Below, piece by piece: positions 13,706 to 26,711 of a stretch of 64,000 bases of DNA (positions are counted from its first letter, which is position 1; each line of letters starts with the position of its first letter). The DNA is taken from assembly GCA_010405405.1 (NCBI GenBank), contig MU004230.1:34627-98626 (forward strand), in the 5' to 3' direction. The notes beneath the pieces are model-generated. The model made no database searches and was not told where the DNA came from. It saw nothing but the letters and a program-made list of their open reading frames with translations. The DNA is from Microthyrium microscopicum (lineage: Eukaryota). A program made the translations under genes and the position numbers.

Positions 13706-14698
13706 GATGAATACGAACTAAGAAATGAATGAATGAATGTTGTAGATGGCAAATTGCCCAAGGCGAAATGATCTGGATTTTCGACCGAATCGTGTTTCCT
13801 CTTACCTTTATATCTGCATCTCGGTATTTCTCGGTCGTCTTTCCGCACTTTTTGGCTTGAGTATAAACTAGGAAAAATGCCGGTGATCGACATGGCTTTG
13901 ACCATTTGAAGGATGATCTGGCTGATATGCTTCACCCGACTTGTGGATGATACAAAGTGGAGGTGGGCACTTGCCGTGCCTACACAGTTCATATTTCGAT
14001 CATCGCGACGGTCGATGGTCTACGGTAGTAGTCGAGCGCCCTGGAGTGCCCTTGTTAGTATCTACAGGTACGGAGCTATGGAAAAGGTACCGGTAGGATG
14101 GAACATGAAAATAAGTTCGAAAGGACCAAAATATCTGGAAAACAGGGTTACACAACGGTCCTTGCACCTCGAGACGAGACCTCTTCTCATGCGGTATTCT
14201 TTTTGCTATTGGATTCTCCAAGACAGCAATGACCGGATATCGAGTGTATCTCGTCAACGCGATGATCGTACAGCTTGCTCTTCGCTATCTTCTTGATGCC
14301 AAACCAGTATTGACCCATCATACAGTCGCAAGTGCCTCCTAGTATCTCTTCTATGCCAGTCATACTGGTTGGTACTCCGTAGTCTTCGGTATGGAGAAGT
14401 TGAGTCACGAGTGCGGGCGACCTGACGGACATCGGGAATTATTTGTACAAATACCAAAGCCACACCGTTGCAATCCATGCAGTGGCGTGTAGATCAGCAT
14501 CGAAATATAACTCACTTGTCATCCAATGAGGTATTTAATGATGGAGTTGTTCAGAATGCCATGTCCAGAACAGTGGGAATTGAATCGACGATTCAAGATG
14601 GTGGGGATCACCTGGGCATTGATACGCAGATACGGCCGTTCAGGTTCCGAAAAGGGGAGATTGTGGAGACACTAGCAGAGCCTCAGGAGTCAGTAGCC

Positions 14699-14855
14699 TC
14701 ATCTCATCTCATCTCATCTCATCTTATCTTATCTCATCTCATCTCATCTCATCTCATCTCATCTNNNNNNNNNNNNNNNNNNNNNNNNNNNNNNNNNNNA
14801 TCTCATCTCATCTCATCTCATCTCATCTCATCTTATCTCATCTCATCTCATCTCA
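14699..14855. repeat. (ATCTC)n pentanucleotide microsatellite spanning an assembly gap
   Basis: Tandem catct/atctc units on both sides of an N run at 14765-14799. Confidence 0.95.
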
Positions 14856-15494
14856 TTGCGTATAACTTAGTTCGATCTTAATTCTTTGGAATTTGAGGTG
14901 TAAACTCATTCATCTTGAATGTTCCTTGCAATGGGTTGAGTTTATTTTGAACCCCCTGATTCACGTCAATAATCGCGTCCCGCATCAATCACGCTTCAGG
15001 TGCAAATTCAGACATCCTGACCATTCGTCCATTTCTGCTTCCTTGTTACCTCTCCAGAAGTCAAGATTATTTCTTCCCTCAGGTGAGCTTTGCACAAAGG
15101 GTTCCATCAGAAATACCTCAAAAGCTTGGCATCATTACTGGGTCTTTCGCGCGTTCTTAGGTGCTCCGATTGCCAATCGATACCTCGTCGGACAGAGCAT
15201 AGGTACTTAATGAAACGTGACCAGTACTGTATTTCGGCGACATCGATGATTGTTGAAGCCAATGAACTTTCGAATGAAACAAAACTTTGCATTGAATTTA
15301 GGCATTTCTGATACATGAGACGCAAGATGAGAATCTCCGTAGGCCCATACCAACTCGTTTCTAACTTGTCAGCCCTCTCATATACTTCTCATGACCAGGC
15401 GTGCCAGGACATCGTCCAAATGCCCAACTCTACAGCTTAGAAGTATTCCAACGTTTCTTCGCAAGGAATATTCATACAGAACAACAACACGATC

Positions 15495-16091
15495 ATGATT
15501 GCGTTCAAGTCCATGTTATGCTTAGAGGCATTGTTCTTTGTAGTAGCAGCTCAAACTCCTTCGGGGTTTAATCCTTCGATAACTCAGCCTCTCAAAGTCA
15601 CATATGGCGCAAACGATATTTCTCCTGCTGGCAAAATGATTGCCAGGCCAGGTAATAATAAGAAGATGTCATGAGAATTCAAAAGCTGATGTGACGTAGA
15701 AACTGCCAATCCTCCAACTATCGGCGTTCCACAGAACATGATTAGCGCAACCGCTAAAGGATTTGTTGCCATGGTAGATTTGGATGTACCACGGGGAAAT
15801 CAGCGCGTTACCAATCTTCATTGGTTTGCACCAAATGTTGATATCTCCAAAGCAAATGCTGTGGTCCCCACCGGTGCTGGAGTTGTCTCTTACCGACAAC
15901 CAAGTCCTCCACCTGGCGATACTCCTCATCGATACATATACCTTATGTACGCTCAGCCAGGAAACTTTACTGCTCCTCCTCAGTTTGCAATGTTACAGCA
16001 GAACCGCCTAGGTTTTGATGTAAATGCTTTTGCAACCATGAATGGGCTCGGACAACCAATGGCAGCCAATTTCATCATGGTTCAACAATGA
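15495..16091 (+). CDS. Secreted PEBP (phosphatidylethanolamine-binding)-like protein
   Basis: ATG 15495 with hydrophobic leader; intron 15652-15699; motifs MVDLDVP, LHW and YRQPSPPPGDTPHRYIYLMYAQP. Confidence 0.85.
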
Positions 16092-16224
16092 TTCTTGGCG
16101 GAAGCCGAAATCGCATCTCTCATGCGTCAAATTGTACGACTAGATCTATATCAGCAACTTGTAAAATACTTTCTGCATCATGGCCATTCATTATCAGTGA
16201 GATGAGTTTCATTCGTTGGTAGCT

Positions 16225-17650
16225 CTAACAACTGAAGGGCTTACCAACAGCGTCACTTTTGTAGGCATCCACTATGCCCTTGATAGTGACATATGTTCCA
16301 GCTATACAAATGAAAACACCTGCTGTAAAAGTCGCCGCTGCTAACAAAGACTGACCCCATTTCCTTTTCCATGCTCTTGTACCACCTCCATCATGATATG
16401 TATCATGCAACCAAAATGCTCCAGCGATGCCATATGTGTACCAAGAGGCAAATAATGATGCCGCAATTCCAATCAAGTAATTGAATATGGGTACTCCAAT
16501 CGCTAGAACGAAAGCTGCCGCATTCATCAGGAAGATCAGAACAAACCATGTAGACCAGCCAGTCCATGTATGGGAATGTAAGTGAGAAGAAGATCGAAAC
16601 AGTCGTACAAATATCAACTTCGCGGCTGTGTGTGCATACAAGGATCCAGCTATCAGAAAGTTTGGTAGTGCGATTCCATAGGCTGCTTTGGCCCATTTCG
16701 TTTTCAGTGATGAGAATGAAGGAGATGTAACATCATTTCCGAGATAGACGTAAGTAACAATCGCAAAGATGGTGTAAAACGTTGTCGCAAAACCTTGGAG
16801 AGTATAGGCAGCTTTCATTGCGTCTTGTGGTTTTTTCATCTCGCTCATTAGAATGAAGAACATAAAATGTCCTGCATAGGCAAAAACTGGGTTGGTAATA
16901 CTGATGAATGCGGCATAAAAACTCGATGGTTTGGCGACGTCAATATGTTTATTTGGTGCTGGATGGATACCTGCTCCAATCATTCCTACAATTCCAGCTA
17001 TCAAGATGGAGAGTACTGATGGTATCGACAGCCATGAAAGTCGATCTAGAGTCCTGGGAAAGCTGCAAATCAAAGTAGGAACGGCGAAAATTCCCGTGTA
17101 TAGCATCAGACATAGCTTGTTGTCGCTGAGCTGGGCAAGTGCAATTTGACCTGCTAAAAGTTGTCCACCAGTTGCAAAGACAGCAAAAATAACCGTTCCA
17201 GATGCTAAGACTTCTCTGCCTATCGGTCCGAAGAGGATATACCCAGCATCTCCCATTGAATGTACTTCTGGATGTCTGAGTTTGAACTGAACCAGAAGAT
17301 AGGAAGTGTATGTCGCAAAGATGCCCAGAAAAACAATCAGTATGACTCCAGGTACAATCCCAACGACTGCAAGTGATGAAGGAAGTGATAGCATTCCATT
17401 TGACACAATTTCAGCTATCATCAAAACCGAAACAAGCTCCCAAGACAGAGTTTTGTATTTAATCTGCAAGTACGTTAGATTTTGGCGGCAAGTCTTCAAA
17501 CCTTGCAGATTATAGTGAATATCTTACTTGGTGATTCTCTTCATTGCCAAAAGGGTCCGGAACTACATGATTGGAGCGTATATCTTTGTTATATTGAAGC
17601 TCCCGAGAGTCCTCTCCACTAGCATCAACATAATCATGTTGATGGTTCAT
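16225..17650 (-). CDS. Amino acid transporter (Aa_trans / Mtr-like neutral amino acid permease)
   Basis: DPFGNEE..Q|IKYKTLSW, MIAEIVSNGMLSLP, FAYAGH, SEMKKP motifs; many TM segments; intron ~17464-17527. Confidence 0.9.
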
Positions 17651-18290
17651 ATTTGCCCTATATTTTGTTTCACCTCACATTTCATAAAAGTATGGCGGTA
17701 TTCAAACTACAGATTTCAAGAAGAGTAGATAGATCGCCAGATGTGGCTTGGCTGGAACCGCTTATCACAACTGCACTGGGGTCCTGATAACCACTCTCAT
17801 TCTTAGCGCGTCATTGATTTACCTATTACTTATAAGAGTCTTTTTGTTGGTTTTTGGATCTTTTGATGTTGATGCTTCTTATGCTCAATTTCACGATTAA
17901 CCTTGAGTTTCTATTCACCCACTTGGCTGCAGGTGGTTAGATATCCAGCCTTTGTCAAATCCCTCGAGTAGGTCAGAAGACATGTTCCTCTCTGTCTGTA
18001 TATATCAAAAACGACGTCTCCATTTTTGATAGATTCATGTGAAGCTCTCTCAAGAGTCACCATTCACCACTCTTCTCATCCGCCGTTGGCACAAGAAACC
18101 CCCACTTCGACGGCATGTTCCGAGTGAGCACTTGTGTTAAGCGACGCTTAAGATAGCTGGGTATGGTTCTGACTCTAGTCGCACAAGAACGAAGGATAAA
18201 ATACTTGCATTTATAGGAGCAACCAATGTGAGTAGGTACTTACTTCTTAAACATCACAGGCGACGAGTAGCAGATGAGTAAAATTATGCA

Positions 18291-20049
18291 TTAATTGATC
18301 GTTGTGACCTTTCGCCGATCTTCTAGCTCCCATTCTTTCAACCAAGTTTCAACTCTTCTAATTTCCCATTGATGGGCAGCTTTGATGAAGTCTGGCTCAG
18401 CATCCACATTGAGTATTCCATAACTGTCCCAATGGTGTCCTGCTCCAGTAATAAGCATTTGATTAGGTCCATAACGCTCCGTAGCATTGTGCGAGTGAAA
18501 GCAAACGTCCCTCCATACATCGCTCTCTCCATCAATAAATGCTAGGCGCCGAGCTGATATTTCGAGGCCTCCATATTTATTATACCGTTTCAAGTTTGGT
18601 CCATTGGGCGAAGGGGCAGCTTGTGGTGCTAACGGGCCAGGAGGAAAGGCCCAGTTACACCATTGTTGGGTGTAATCCAATTGTATGACTCTCGATATCA
18701 AGGAAGGTTTGTTAGGATAATTGGCGACTTGATATGCACCCGATTCAGTGCATGAAGAATAGGTGTAGGATCGACCTCCAGAATTCTTTGGCTCTGCCCA
18801 ATTGCTCGCGTTTTGTGTACTAAAACAAGCTGAAGTGTTGATCAAATCCTCGCTCGGGCATTGTGATACAACAACATCTTTGACATATTTGGCATAACCA
18901 CCGAGTCCAGTCCAAGGCTCGCCATGAGTATACTCCGAAAGAGCCCTGTCAACGTCAGTGATATCAGTCGGAGCCGAATCATCCGTTACATTGTTGCAAA
19001 ATTGGAAAAAGTCTGGTGCATCATAGGCTGGAACCCAGTTCAATTCCTGCCAAGTGTTTGTTGGATAGCTATCCGGACCACCGATTGGAAACGCAATCTA
19101 CTTCCGTGTTAGTATTTATTGAATCTATCGATCGATGACAGCCAAAGGAATGACCAAAAAATGGCCCGCGCTCATCGACGACGCTGACTCTCAGACCAGG
19201 ACAACTTACCGTATAGGCAAAATCCCGTATGTCTTCAAGAGCCCCAAGACCAAATAGTTCTTTGAGTTTCTGGATTGCAGGTTCATTATTTTCCTCCACA
19301 AGTTGGTCCATCTTGTCGATAATCTTGTTGATTCTCCAGATACAATCCTGGGGCCCAAATTTCTGGATAGGATTATACCATTCTGGATATCCATGGGTTG
19401 CGTGAATGACGGCCGAGGAAGCAATACCACCCCAAAGTAGACCCTCATACTCTACCAAAGAGAATGCTGTTTCTGCTCCAGCAAGGCTGCCACCGTACAG
19501 AATCCAGGGGGTGGCGGACGCAGTCAAGTCTTGACCACCGGTGATGTTTGGAAATTGAATATTCTGAGCAAAATAAGCATTGTCCGCAATGGTCTGCTCG
19601 TTCGTCAAAAAGCGAAGCTCATCGGTGGTTGAAGCGTTGTATGGATAGCTTGTGCCATAATATCGATTTTCTAGAATTACTCCTAATCCGTTCGTGGCGT
19701 TCATCAAAATTTGTATAATACCGGTCTGTAGATTTGACCATCGTGACTCTGCGCTGGTTTCACCTCCAATATACAGAAAAACGGGTCCTCCAGGTTTATA
19801 GTAGGTGTCATCAAAGAAAAACTTTTGCGAGAAGGTGGCGTTGGTGTGAGGCGCATAACGATCACTATCTGGGAAATGGTCTATCAACTGTTCAAAATAG
19901 TAAGCTTTATAGCTTCTAGGCCGTTCATTCGATGTGGAAGAGGCAACTTGACGAGGTCTCAGCGAGAGAGACGTCCGTGAAGTGAAGGCGTGTATGGTAG
20001 GCAAAATTGTAAGCAAAATAGCAACCAATACAATGAGTTTTAAGCTCAT
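18291..20049 (-). CDS. Secreted serine carboxypeptidase, family S28
   Basis: Signal peptide; FEQLIDHF, GGPVFLYIGGE, ENRYYG, GGSLAG nucleophile motif, GAGHHWD; intron 19098-19209. Confidence 0.9.
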
Positions 20050-21305
20050 GTCCAGCGAACTTAGAACAACTAGGCGATTTTAGCTCAGGTGAAATGAAAG
20101 GAACCAAGGTGCGAAAATTGGAAAAGAATCTTTGTCGTAAATTGCGTACTAACAACGCGTCGTAGAGTAGGTGGGATTCTTATAATATAGCATGCTCTGG
20201 CTCGGCTGTTGATCGACCGAGATCGACAAACTCTTCAACATTTCCTACAATAGATTAATTCAGACGTAAGCAAAGTAAAACCTTAGCTGTGCAGCCTGTG
20301 TGGCTACTGCTGCAGGAAAAGCCGCGCTCAGAATGGTAGCACAATAGTCGATTGCCGAATCTTCACCTTCACGTCGTATATCAAAATGTGTCCTGGACAA
20401 ACACAAATCGAGGTTGGTAAATTATCAGATCACTAACAAAATCCTCGAAATGACTAGCCGCAAATTGCCTAAGCCTTCCCGAAAGGGCAAGGGATTCGAT
20501 GCACTCTAGAGATACCAGCGTGCCCCTGTAATCCCCTTTCTGAACCTTGTCTGATCATGGCTGCGTTTCTTTTCCAAATCGCCATACACCCGCACGTTAA
20601 CATAGGCCTTTACGTTGTCATACGTTTTCCTGGGCCTTCAAAGTTTGAGACATGGCTCGCGGCTGGCTAAAGGCGGCCCGACCCTAGTTGGCCGCACCGT
20701 TCCGTAACAGATCACATCTTTAACCTGGATGGATCTTGATATCTTTTATTGTAATGTGACACAATCATGCCATCAAGACCTTGCTTCATGTATTTCGAGC
20801 CCAAATTCCTCATTTCATGGCGGATGACACTTAATCCATGAGCTCTAGGAAAGTTAAAGTGGTCCTCTTGAAAAGCATAACATCCATTTGCTTATATCAC
20901 TACAAGTAAATTGAAAAGACTTCACCTACTCTTTCTGGAAGCTTGGATAGAAATATGCTCATTTCATAGGTATATTCTTCACCAGGCTGCATGAATTATT
21001 GATTGAACATGCAGAACCACACGTACTGAGGCTAGCTACCAACATCAAAGTGGAAGGTCCAAGAACGCTAATCATAAGTAAAATTCTTTAGCTTCTCGCC
21101 TATGTCATACATGTGGGAACATATCAAAGAATACTAAAAATTACTGGTATGCATCCACACCATGTTTAACCTCAAGATACCGCACAAGAACACCCAGAGC
21201 TCCTCGCTAAAAAGTCTCATCAATCAAACGCGAAAAGAGTACCATTCGATATCTCTCGTCAGTATGCCATCATTCATTCATTCTTGAGACAGGAACTTGA
21301 ATGCT

Positions 21306-22258
21306 CTACCATTTCATAGTCGGGATGAAATGTTTCGAGTCATCCTCCTGTTGACTCCAGCTTTCTTTGAAAGCCGCAATTCCAGCAATGATTGCCAAAA
21401 TCATAAAGGCCAATGAGATAAAGGACCAGATAACTCCCCAGCATTTAGAAGATCCACCATATCTGTCTGCAAAAACACTTGCGTCAGAGCTATTGACCTT
21501 ACGAAGGATGAGATCATCGCACTGGTAAAAAGTTAGCTGTAATTCGCACACCTGGCGGGAGAACTTACAATGTCCCAAACGCTGTAAAGACATGACATGA
21601 CGCCAATAAAGAGCTACAAGTCGCGTTAGCATCAGATTTGCGTATGATGAAAACGCCTTACCACTACAAACCTCAAAGGTTCTGCATGAGCGATGAACCA
21701 GCATGCCACTAACAACCCAACCGCAAGGAGAACGGTTAATATGGTGAGCCAATCTCGTCGAGCCCACCAAAGAGTAAGCAAAAAGCACACTCCCAGAACA
21801 ATGCTCGCTATTTTACTCGCTACGATATTAAATCCGCAGAAAATGAGCAAGGCACCAATGATGGATGACCCAAGATATCCAGCTGGGAGAGTGATTGCTG
21901 ATATTCCGCCACGCATATGAGTGACGCCTCCTTCATTAGGATCCAAGGATATTGACTCAACACGACCACCAGTGAGTAAAGTGGTGATGGCGTGGCCAAA
22001 TTCATGAAAGGCAATAACCAGCATCTGTGTAGGTAGTTAGGCATAAGAATGGAATCAAACAATAACTAGGAGAGTGTTTACCTTGAAGGGCCATAGAACT
22101 TTTCGGACATAGGGGATATTCCAAAGAAGAGCTATCACTACAACATAAACCACAATAACCCCCAGAGTGACTTTTTGGGCTCCATTGACGCTCAAATCGG
22201 CGCGACGAGCAATGGCACGCGAGGCAATAGTAGCGAAAGTGTCGGCAAGGGGTGCCAT
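21306..22258 (-). CDS. Peptidase M50B-like membrane protein (multi-exon)
   Basis: LWPFK|MLVIAFHEFGHA (HExxH), AGYLGSS, DDLILRKVNSSDASVFA; three GT-AG introns. Confidence 0.88.
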
Positions 22259-23050
22259 AGCTGTAACACACCAAGGTAGTTGTGCAGTCCACTTGTGAAC
22301 GAATTTGGGACGGTGAAGGAAAGGAGAATTCTTAAGAAGGAGAGAAAGAGAGAGGATCTGCTTTCAAAGAGCCTGGAGAGTGTTTCTTAGCCGCGTGGAC
22401 TCTTGGTGTTGAGTCCTGATTCCACGCGGGCTCCAGCTGTTGTGCTACGCTGCATTCACGCCACGAGCCAGGGGGCCAGGCCAGCCAATAAAGATTTGTT
22501 TCATCCCTAAAACTAGCTGCGATCAGGGCGGAGAGAAATCAGCGTGGTGGCGCAGGGATCGGGCTCAGCCACCCTCATTCCAGAATCCTGTCTTACCTGC
22601 CCCTTCATCGCGGATTCGCGGTTGTTCTCGAACCTCATTCCTTGAATATCTCAAATCTCATAGTTTAGACTTATCAAGTTTATACTCTAGATTAGTCTAA
22701 AGGCCTCATCATATCTTGTTATATCACTTTGAATTGAGCTTCCAGCAAATCTCTACAACTGCTTGTAAGTTGAGGAGCTCGGAGACATGCGAGACGAATT
22801 TTGTATAAAATTCGAATACAAGCAATGTCCGTTTTTACAGCAACCAATCTGCTTCAAAGTATTCAACAGCCGACAAATTGACCCAAGGATTTTGATGGGT
22901 TAGCTCCGTAGCTACTCCACTATTGGAAGCTATTTCCTGGCATCCAGCATTGTTCAAGCTTGATACCCCATCTCAGAGCTTCAATTTCCTAGAACCGCGT
23001 TTCAATTCAGTTGAGTTCAGTGGCAATTGCCAGAACAACTGTTTGAAAAG

Positions 23051-24731
23051 ATGACTCTACTAAAGCTGCTCTTGGAAGGTGCCACGCTTCTGCTGGTTTC
23101 CAGGCTCATATTCAATGCATTCACGTCTTATCGATCAAAGATACCGGCAGCTCATTGGAGCGCCAACTTTTCATCCGCCTGGATTCTTTGGATCAGATAT
23201 ATATTCAAAGAGGTGAGCACTATTGATCAAGCCCATTCAAAGCTTGGTCCGGTGATTCGCCTGGCTCCGCATGAAGTCAGTGTGAACTGTGTGAAAGGAG
23301 GTATCCTGACCGTCTACGCTGGTGGTTTTGATAAGCACCCTTGGTATGCTAATCTCTTTGACAACTTCGGGTAAGAAAGGCTGAGCATACTTCTCGATAA
23401 TAAGGTCACAATTTAATCAATACAGGATCCCAAATATGTTTTCCACGTCAGCCGGGAAGCCACATTCGGAGCGGAAAAGAATGCTTTCCAACATCTATTC
23501 AAAATCGTATATTCAGAACTCAGGAACAATGACGAGCATAACCAAGATCTTGTTATTTGACAGGCTACTTCCAAAACTGCAATCATTATCAAAAGCCTCG
23601 CAGCCATTCGACATCTATGCAGTGATCAGCGCGACAACAATGGACTTTGTCACTGCATATTTATTCGGCCTATCACCCTCTTCGAATTTTCTAAGTGATG
23701 ATGAAATACGAGACAAATTCCTGGTAAATTATACAAGTCGTCATTCTTACAACTACTTCCCTCAAGAATTACCTGGGTTGACCAATACGCTAAAAGCCAT
23801 CGGAGTACGACTTGTGCCAACTTGGGTGGATGCGGCGAATGAATCCATCGGATCTTGGACATTACGAATGTGTGACGATGCAGATGCCTTTGTGAACTCA
23901 GAAAAAGGCTTGAAACAGAAGGATGCAGCAGATCCCGACATCCCCGAAACTTTTCGTCAACTTAGGACGGCCATGACCAAGCGGGATGGAAATGACAATG
24001 CAGTCAAAGAATACCAACGTTTAGCAATTGGAAGTGAGATGTTGGACCACCTAGCTGCTGGTTTTGATACCTCAGGAATAACCTTGGCCTTTTATGTGCA
24101 TGAGTTGTCGAAGAGACCGGGCCTGCAACGCGCTCTACATAAGGAATTGCTGACGCTAGAGCAGCCCATACTGATAGGAAAAGGCAGGACGGATCATGGG
24201 CTGCCTTCTGCAAAAGTTCTCGATGCCTTGCCACTGCTTCAAGCAACCTTACAAGAAACACTACGTCTTCGCTCTGCAATACCGGGTCCGCAACCTAGGG
24301 TCACACCCACTAAAGGTTGCACTCTGGGCCCGGATCAAGAGTACTTCGTGCCAGGAGGAGTGAGAATAAGTGCTCAAGCACACAGTCTTCATCGAAATCC
24401 AGAAGTCTTTGATGATCCAGAGACTTGGAGGCCAGAGCGATGGTTGGAGAACAGCCCTGAAAAGCTCAAAGATATGAATCGTTGGTTCTGGGCCTTTGGA
24501 AGTGGTGGTAGAATGTGTGTAGGAAGTAACTTGGCTCTCTATCGTAAGTGCCTGTCCCAGCTTTATAGATTTGTTGACTGATTTGCTATATCAGAAATGA
24601 AATACATCATAGCTGCGTTGTACAGTAACTGGACCATTGAGATCGAGGACGACGAAGGGTTCAAACAGAGAGATCTATACACGGCTCCACCCGAGTCTGG
24701 CAAACTAATAGTGAAGCTCCATACGGTATGA
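23051..24731 (+). CDS. Cytochrome P450
   Basis: GPVIRLAPHEVS, AGFDTS (I-helix), ETLR, PERW, FGSGGRMCVG heme motif; introns ~23371-23426 and ~24544-24594. Confidence 0.95.
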
Positions 24732-25648
24732 AAAAGTTGCTAGGGAATATGTTGATGGCAGGGGCAGCTGAAGGGGCGTTTCAGCCAAGATCAGGCGTTA
24801 TTTAACATCTCGAAGGGGCAGAGTTATTCTAGATTCCTTAGCATATTTATAATACATCAAAATCCTCTGCGAGCTCCAGAACTACATCAATGTCGGCACC
24901 GTCATGATCTAGCTGGGGAAACAGGTGCTGCGAACTGGCGATCATTTTTCGGAGGGAACCGGGAATTGCATCTTTCCAAGAAAAGATTATCTCCAGTGAA
25001 GGTCTAAGAATTCGAACATCGTGAAATTTTGAAACATTTCCAGGATGTTGATAGTGGCGAATGTACCTGCAGTCACAAATTGTGGAATATTTAACCTCTC
25101 TTGGAGCTTCTTTCCGACTCTAGTAAAATTCTTGAGTGGATCTCAGATGTCATACCTGTATGATTTGCCTAGTACTATATAAAATGCTGTCAAGAAAAGA
25201 TATTAGCGCCTGTATCTGAATATGATATTCAATAAATCATAAGCAAGTGGTATTGTGTAATTGTCGCATCGTACCTTGTCTCTTTAGAGATCATTGGACG
25301 CGGAAGCTGGAGTGATCATCGATACCGCGGGTCATAAGACCTCTCCACTTCCAATAATGCTGGTCTCGATATCTGCCGGTGTACATATCTTCTGTCTTAC
25401 TCTCTCGAGATAACACGATAAGACACTGAACCTCAGCAATCCAGGCAGACTAATTCAATATTTGCACCTTCTCAATATCAAACAAGGCTGCGCCTAAACT
25501 TTTGTTTCCTCAAAACCATTCAAGCACCCTCTTAATCCAAAAACAATATCTTAAACAGGAAGAACCAAAATTAAACGATCTTTGTCCAGCACATTTCCAG
25601 CTTCAATTTTCTCAACGACATCTGAGAACAGCGATACAACCATATATC

Positions 25649-26515
25649 ATGGACTCAGAGCCCCCAGCCTACCACGATCTCACCACCAATATACAACATG
25701 ACGACCACGACGAAGTCCTTCCCGACTACGAACCCCCCTCCTGTCCAACATACACATCGACCACTCCCCTGATAAATTACACAATCTACAACACGCGCTC
25801 TCGTCTGCGCACCCTAATCCCCTCTACTGAGTCCAGCGCAATCGTCCCCTCCTACATAATAACCTCCCCACCACGCTTCTCCTCCTCCTCGCACCACACG
25901 CTCGCGCGCATCGCCACATCCCCCTCCAGCAGTCGTCGCTCATCTACCGCAAACATGTTCGACCCGCCCTCTGACGCAGGGAGTTGTACAGCCGTCGTAG
26001 CGGAACTGAGGGCTGTAAGACATAGTACTATTCCGTGGTGTCCGAAAGTCAGCGTGACGGTGAAGAATCCGTTGGAGGAGAGGGTATTCGTGCTGAATGC
26101 GAAAGACTTCAGCGCGTTTGAATTGGAAGTTGGACCGAGACGGTGCAAGTGGTGTGTTACGGGTGATCCGAAGCGGGCGCTGGAGTTGGTTGATACGCAG
26201 CAGGGGGGTAGAGTCGTAGTGGCGCGGATGACGTACAGTGCGATGGGAACTGATGCGGTTAGGGGACAGCCGGTTGGGACATTGGATGTGTTTGATCTGG
26301 ATACTGGTGGGGAGGTGTCGGAGGATGAAGTTTTGGAAATAATCATTGGGAGCTGTGAGATGGTTATACGGCATTGGAAGGATATGGGTAGGCATTTCAA
26401 AAATGTGACGACAAGAGTTACGGGAATGTTGCCGGGTGCTGGACATGTTACGGGGTCTGGAGGGTATTCTTTTGGCCACGGAGCTATAGGTTTTGTGCCG
26501 TCTATGCGATATTGA
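25649..26515 (+). CDS. Hypothetical protein with PPxY/LPxY motifs
   Basis: Long single-exon ORF with ATG at 25649; EPPAY, LPDY and CPTY near the N-terminus; no family recognised. Confidence 0.55.
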   Translation: MDSEPPAYHDLTTNIQHDDHDEVLPDYEPPSCPTYTSTTPLINYTIYNTRSRLRTLIPSTESSAIVPSYIITSPPRFSSSSHHTLARIATSPSSSRRSSTANMFDPPSDAGSCTAVVAELRAVRHSTIPWCPKVSVTVKNPLEERVFVLNAKDFSAFELEVGPRRCKWCVTGDPKRALELVDTQQGGRVVVARMTYSAMGTDAVRGQPVGTLDVFDLDTGGEVSEDEVLEIIIGSCEMVIRHWKDMGRHFKNVTTRVTGMLPGAGHVTGSGGYSFGHGAIGFVPSMRY

Positions 26516-26711
26516 TAACTGGATATAGGTTTGATTTTGAAGCTTTGGACTGTGCTATGAGTACAAATGGGTAGTAATATTGAGAACCGACCGCTGTAAT
26601 GCCAGGACAACATATTTGGAAATCCCAATAAGCAGTATCGTGCTTTTTCAAACCTCCAACTCCGCTTTCAAGAGGTATCGCGAGGTATAGAACGTACAAA
26701 AGGAGACTGAA

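Noticed and set aside
14468..14881. ORF with SHLIS repeats
   Set aside because: It is only the translation of the ATCTC microsatellite across an N gap.
12223..24731. Possible secondary-metabolite cluster (peroxygenase, transporter, peptidase, P450)
   Set aside because: No backbone enzyme (PKS, NRPS, terpene cyclase), repeat-type precursor peptide or pathway regulator is visible.
25852..26628. 258-aa minus-strand ORF
   Set aside because: Antisense shadow of the plus-strand gene; starts at a non-ATG codon and has no recognisable motif.
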